The notes below the pieces were generated by a model. The model was not told where the DNA came from. It saw only the letters and a program-made list of their open reading frames with translations, and searched no databases. 64,000 nucleotides of DNA, taken from an uncultured Candidatus Saccharibacteria bacterium. Its GTDB lineage: Bacteria > Patescibacteriota > Minisyncoccia > Phycocordibacterales > SBAW01. Shown one piece after another: positions 59,976 through 64,000 of the stretch; position 1 is the stretch's first letter; each line of letters starts with the position of its first letter. Made by a program: the position numbers and the translations under genes. The stretch covers positions 639,202 to 703,201 of the forward strand of contig CAZYUH010000001.1 of assembly GCA_964650645.1 (NCBI GenBank). The letters are read 5' to 3'.

Positions 59976-62822
59976 TTAGAGCGTGGGTGCCACGGGCTCG
60001 GTGCAGGCAAGGTCGCGGATCTTGCGTATGGTCATGCCGGCAACCGTGCCCGTGGGGCGCGTCAGGCCCAGCGGCGCCAGGATGTCGGCGGCATACCTGC
60101 TTTGGAACGCGCTCACGGCTGCGAAGGTCTGCGGCCCGAAGAAGTTCGTGCCCGGAAGCGACGCGCCCTGGGTGTTGAGGAACCGCTGGAGCTTGGCGAC
60201 CTCGGGGCTCACCATGCCGCGGTAGAGGTTCTGCGTGACCGCGAGCGAGCAGTCGGTCGCGGCGCCCAGCACCGCGCCGCCCGTTCCTATATTGACCGTA
60301 CCCATCCCGAAGGCGGGCAGCATGGGCTCGCCGCTGCCCTGCCTGAACTTTGCGCCCGTAACAGTCGCGAAGTTGCGGTACGTTCCCGCCGTGCTTGAGG
60401 CTGCGAACTCGACCGAGTACGTGAGCGTTATCTGGTCGCCGGAAGCGAGGTCCTGGAGGTCCCACGAGCGGTGGTACATGATACCGCCCTCGGGAGTGAA
60501 GAGCGTATCGGCGAGCGTAGCGCCGTACAAGGGCCCTGCGTCCTTTGCGTTGGTCACGACCACTTTGTAGTCGACCACCTTGGGCGTCGTCGTGCTGATG
60601 CGCACCACCGTCTTCTCGACCGTGACGCGCGGCTCGTCGTTGGAGCTTGCGGGCACCGGCGGCGTGTTGTCGGGCTTGGCGACCGTCTTGGGGCGGGAAT
60701 CGCCGCCGCCTCCGCCGCCTCCCCCGCCGCCGCGACTGCCGCCGGACGAGGGCGGATTGACGACGTCGAGCAGGGCGACCGTGAACGACGCCTGGGCGCT
60801 GGAGGTATCGCCGTCGCTGAGCGCCGACACCGAGATGGGCACGGGCACGGACGTGCCCTGCGGGATGGAGCCCACGCGCGCCGTGTAGGTGAAGGTGCGC
60901 GACTCGCCGCGGCCCACGGTCGGAATATGCCACTCGCGGCCCTCGTCCGTGCGCACGCCGTCGGTATCGGTAAAGCTCAGCTGGTTATGGTCGAAGCCGG
61001 CCTTGAGCGTGATGTCGTCGGCGTCGCGGTCGCCGTTGTTAGTGATGGTGAAATCGTACGCGACGTCCGTGCCTGGGGTGACCGTGGCCGCCGTCGTCCT
61101 CGCCTCGAGCTCGAGGTCGGACCGGCCGAACGTGATGTCGCCGTTCCATTCGCCCAGCACGTTGAAGAGCGCGAATATCCAGTTGCGGCCGACGATGTTG
61201 GTGTTGATGAGATTGATGACGTTCGCGACGGCGTACGCGTCGCCTGTTATGACGTGCGCGACGCCATCCTCGGTGTAGGCATTGTTGTGTCCCGTATTCG
61301 CGGTGACGTCCACGTTGTTCTCTACCGCAGCCGCATTGGTCGAGGATGCGACGAAGGTCGATGAATTGAAGCAGTTGTTGACCGGCTCATCCTCGGGGTG
61401 GTCCGAACGGGGCTCCTTGCAGTTGGCACCTGCCGCGCCCTCGGGGTTCTGCGCGCCGCTCTGGTCGCCTACCGGCACATTATCCTCATCCACCTCCTCG
61501 TTAGTAACGAGCACCAGGGTCGAGGTCGAGGTGATGCCGTCGCGGGTGGCGGCATCGTACACGCGCTTAACATGCAGCGCGCCGGGCAAGCTCTTGACGT
61601 CGCCCCTCCACTCGCCCGCAACGCGGAACATGAAGAGCGCCGACGTGCCGCCCACGTAGTTGTTGTTGGCGTTGGTGTAGGTGGTGGCCTTGCTGTAGGC
61701 GTCGCCGGTCGAGACGATGCCGCTTCCCTCGCCCGTAGTCGAAGCGGTGTTAGAGCCGGTATCCGCGCCCGCGGTCGTGGTGCCGGTCAGCGCGAGCTGA
61801 TTCTCGTTGTAGACGCTGTAGGAGCTTGAATTCATCTCCGGCGCCGAGCCCTCGTGCGCGAAGAGCCGCCTGAAGAAGTCGTCGCCCGGCAGGGTGATGT
61901 CGCCGTTGAGGTCGCCGAAGCTGTTGAACGCCGCCAGGAGATAGCTTGAGTTGACTATATTGGTGTTGACCAGGTTGACCACGTTGGCGGCCGCGTACGC
62001 GTCGCCCGACGTTACGGACGCGTCGCCGGTATCGGTCGTGGAGGCCGTGTTGCCGCCCGCGTCGGCGCGGACGATGACGCTGTTGGTGACCGTCGCGGTG
62101 TTGCCGCTGAGCACGTTGATGTTGCTGGAGGTCGGGCAGGTCAGGAGCGTGCACTGCGCCTCGCCCGTCTCCTCGTTGACCGTCGGGGAATTGCCCGCCT
62201 GGCCCTCGAAGAAGTAGCCGAGGTCGTAATCGCGCAGGTCGAGCCCGGCCGGGAACAGCTGGTTGAGGAACAGCAGGAGGCCCTGCGAGTTGAATATGTT
62301 GGTGTTGATGAGGTTGAGCACGTTAGCGAACGCGAAGGCGCCGCCGGTCACGATAGTAGCCGTGCCCTGCCCGCCATCGGCGACGTTGGCGCCGGTAGAG
62401 GCGGTCGATGTGGAGAAATTGTTCACGAGCGCCTCGTTGGTCGAGGTTGCGGTGAATCCGGATGAGTTGAGGCAGCCGCCGTTCTCTGCCACCTGCTCGG
62501 CCGAGCAGGCGCTGTCGACATTGCTCGCGTCGTTCTTGTTGACGGAGTTCTCCACGGACGTGGAGGCGCTGGCGGCGCCCGTATCTATCGTGCCGCCCAC
62601 GTCGTGCTGGCCGCCCGTGCCGTCGCTCGAGGTGGTCGCGACGACCTGGCCCGCGTTGGCGCCAGGCGCGCCGTCGGTCGAGGTGGCGTTCTCGTTATCG
62701 GCGCGCACGGGCGCGGCGAGCGCAAGCGTCGCGGCGACAAGCAGGAGCGCCGCGAAAGAGCTGACAAGTACGGATCGCCTGAATGGTAGGTACGTCATGT
62801 AGGAATTAAAGTAAGCTGTCAA
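59976..62822 (-). CDS. Large secreted surface protein: four ~60-aa 'TGDAY...VNL(I/V)NTNI' repeats, DUF11-like domain, poly-Gly tract, C-terminal peptidoglycan-binding (PG_binding_1) domain
   Basis: Signal peptide; repeats at four positions; GGSRGGGGGGGGGGD run; C-terminus VAKLQRFLNTQGASLPGTNFFGPQTFAAVSAFQ matches PGBD. Confidence 0.6.
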   Translation of the reverse strand: MTAYFNSYMTYLPFRRSVLVSSFAALLLVAATLALAAPVRADNENATSTDGAPGANAGQVVATTSSDGTGGQHDVGGTIDTGAASASTSVENSVNKNDASNVDSACSAEQVAENGGCLNSSGFTATSTNEALVNNFSTSTASTGANVADGGQGTATIVTGGAFAFANVLNLINTNIFNSQGLLLFLNQLFPAGLDLRDYDLGYFFEGQAGNSPTVNEETGEAQCTLLTCPTSSNINVLSGNTATVTNSVIVRADAGGNTASTTDTGDASVTSGDAYAAANVVNLVNTNIVNSSYLLAAFNSFGDLNGDITLPGDDFFRRLFAHEGSAPEMNSSSYSVYNENQLALTGTTTAGADTGSNTASTTGEGSGIVSTGDAYSKATTYTNANNNYVGGTSALFMFRVAGEWRGDVKSLPGALHVKRVYDAATRDGITSTSTLVLVTNEEVDEDNVPVGDQSGAQNPEGAAGANCKEPRSDHPEDEPVNNCFNSSTFVASSTNAAAVENNVDVTANTGHNNAYTEDGVAHVITGDAYAVANVINLINTNIVGRNWIFALFNVLGEWNGDITFGRSDLELEARTTAATVTPGTDVAYDFTITNNGDRDADDITLKAGFDHNQLSFTDTDGVRTDEGREWHIPTVGRGESRTFTYTARVGSIPQGTSVPVPISVSALSDGDTSSAQASFTVALLDVVNPPSSGGSRGGGGGGGGGGDSRPKTVAKPDNTPPVPASSNDEPRVTVEKTVVRISTTTPKVVDYKVVVTNAKDAGPLYGATLADTLFTPEGGIMYHRSWDLQDLASGDQITLTYSVEFAASSTAGTYRNFATVTGAKFRQGSGEPMLPAFGMGTVNIGTGGAVLGAATDCSLAVTQNLYRGMVSPEVAKLQRFLNTQGASLPGTNFFGPQTFAAVSAFQSRYAADILAPLGLTRPTGTVAGMTIRKIRDLACTEPVAPTL

Positions 62823-62913
62823 CCCTCTCTGGGACCTTCTTTGCGGCTCAGTTGTACCGCAAAGCAGGCCTCATGAGAAGGGGGGAGCCTTGCTCCCCTT
62901 CTTCTCGAAGGAA

Positions 62914-63600
62914 CTAGATGCGAACGCGGAGGAAGTTCGTGTTGAGCACGTTGACCGCGCCGGAGCGGGAGGTCGAGTCGCCGGTGCGTACCGTGCCGCC
63001 CAAGCCGCCTGCGCCGCCATGGCCGCCTGCGCCGCCGGAGCCGGAGGTCGAGTCGCCCTGGTTGCCGGTCTTGTTGGCCGTGCCGGAGTTGCCGCCGTTG
63101 TCGCCCGAGCCGCCAGTGGAGCCGGCCGCCGCGTTGAGGCCGGTCGACGCGAGAGCGTTCGTGGTCTCATCGATGTCGCCGGTATTCTTCTGGCTCGCGG
63201 TTGCCGACGAGCTATTGAGGCCGCCGCGGATGCTTACGCGGGTGTCGTTGCTGTTGGCCTGGTTGACCGCGCCAGCCTCGGACATCGCAGCGCCCGTCTC
63301 TACCAAGCCGCCTTCGCCGCCGTTGCCGCCGTTGCCGCCAGAGCCGGCATTGCCGCTCTTGGCGTTGCCGTTGTCGCCGCCCTGGGAAGCATTGCCGGAG
63401 TTGCCGCCGTTGCTGCCGTTGCCGCCGGTCGAACCGTCCGCGAAGTTGAGGCCGGTGTTCGATACGGCGTTAGTGTTGCTCGTAACCGTGCCCGAGTTCG
63501 TGTTGCTGATCTTGATCGAGCTGCTATTGACCGCTGCGAAGGCAGGGGTCGCGGTTGCGAGCATGCCGAGCGCAGTAAGTGCTGCAAGAGTCTTTTTCAT
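62914..63600 (-). CDS. Secreted Gly/Asn/Ser-rich protein with two copies of the same 'NTN' repeat motif as the adjacent large protein
   Basis: Signal peptide MKKTLAALTALGMLATATPAFA; AVNQANSNDTRV and AVNVLNTNFLRV motifs after G/N/S-rich stretches. Confidence 0.5.
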   Translation of the reverse strand: MKKTLAALTALGMLATATPAFAAVNSSSIKISNTNSGTVTSNTNAVSNTGLNFADGSTGGNGSNGGNSGNASQGGDNGNAKSGNAGSGGNGGNGGEGGLVETGAAMSEAGAVNQANSNDTRVSIRGGLNSSSATASQKNTGDIDETTNALASTGLNAAAGSTGGSGDNGGNSGTANKTGNQGDSTSGSGGAGGHGGAGGLGGTVRTGDSTSRSGAVNVLNTNFLRVRI

Positions 63601-64000
63601 ATAATTCTTTACAGATTAATTAATGCTTGTAAACCCGGCTTCCTGCTCCCGTACGGCAAGCATGATGCGCGGGGCATCGACCTTGCGCGCGGACTGCGCG
63701 ATCCTGGTGATCGTGAAGCCCACGGCACAACCTGCACTATGTTGACGGTTGTGCCCTGAACTCCACATGAACTTTATGAACTCTTTAGACAAGAACTTCG
63801 GGAACAAAAAACGCGAAGCCCGCATGCGCGAGTTTCGCTTGATTACACGCTCGTTGGAGAGAGTGACGGCATATATTCCTGCCGCTGGTTTCCCTGCGTG
63901 GCAAATTGTATGAATCCGCCACGCACATGAATTATCCTATCCCCTTCATTAAGGGTCAATGAAGAAAAGCCTGTATTGCGCACTGGAGCATATCTCGCGT

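Noticed and set aside
60695-60735. (GGC/GGA)n tract encoding 12 glycines as an independent feature
   Set aside because: Folded into the surface-protein finding. Without read-level data, length variation cannot be shown.
63601-64000. ORF 63616..63825 (minus, 69 aa) and the rest of the window's end
   Set aside because: No RBS or promoter context, an atypical composition, and likely truncation by the window edge. Left unannotated.

Overview
High-GC (about 65% by eye) bacterial chromosome segment, almost entirely coding on the minus strand. Long antisense ORFs on the plus strand look like GC artefacts. The gene content (DUF5667/DUF5671-like secreted and membrane proteins, ATP-cone+Mrr nuclease, sigma-r4/HARE-HTH factor, very short intergenic regions, leaderless-looking promoters) suggests a reduced-genome lineage of the CPR/Parcubacteria type. 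That lineage call is inference only. Recognisable housekeeping genes: mnmA, mltG, leuS, ychF, an F1Fo ATP synthase operon (atpB-E-F-A-G-D-C with no delta gene), uppS, acylphosphatase, speH/speE, a cyoABCD quinol oxidase operon, an NAD(P)H quinone reductase, phhB, ddl, uvrC/uvrA/uvrB, tgt, an FKBP isomerase. There is a ~9.5 kb surface-polysaccharide locus (flippase, four glycosyltransferases, pyruvyl transferase, a 947-aa GT-C/YfhO-like membrane protein). Its middle ~4.4 kb is strikingly AT-rich, and the composition boundaries fall inside genes, indicating cassette replacement. Five tRNA genes (Ala-GGC, Ala-CGC, Pro-CGG, Val-CAC, Ala-TGC) lie on the minus strand. Four of them (all but Pro) are followed by members of a repeated element family: arrays of perfect tetraloop hairpins separated by CCAC...GTGG-type flanks, ending in a terminator. 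Other notable items: an ArsR-family regulator bracketed by two identical 24-bp palindromes; a second small AT-rich islet (DUF2335 plus an unknown gene) next to the cyo operon; a duplicated tRNA-Pro 3' end; a small secreted Phe/Pro-repeat peptide; a promoter-plus-terminator-bracketed ~215-nt unit between uvrB and uvrA; and large repeat-containing surface proteins at both ends of the window.
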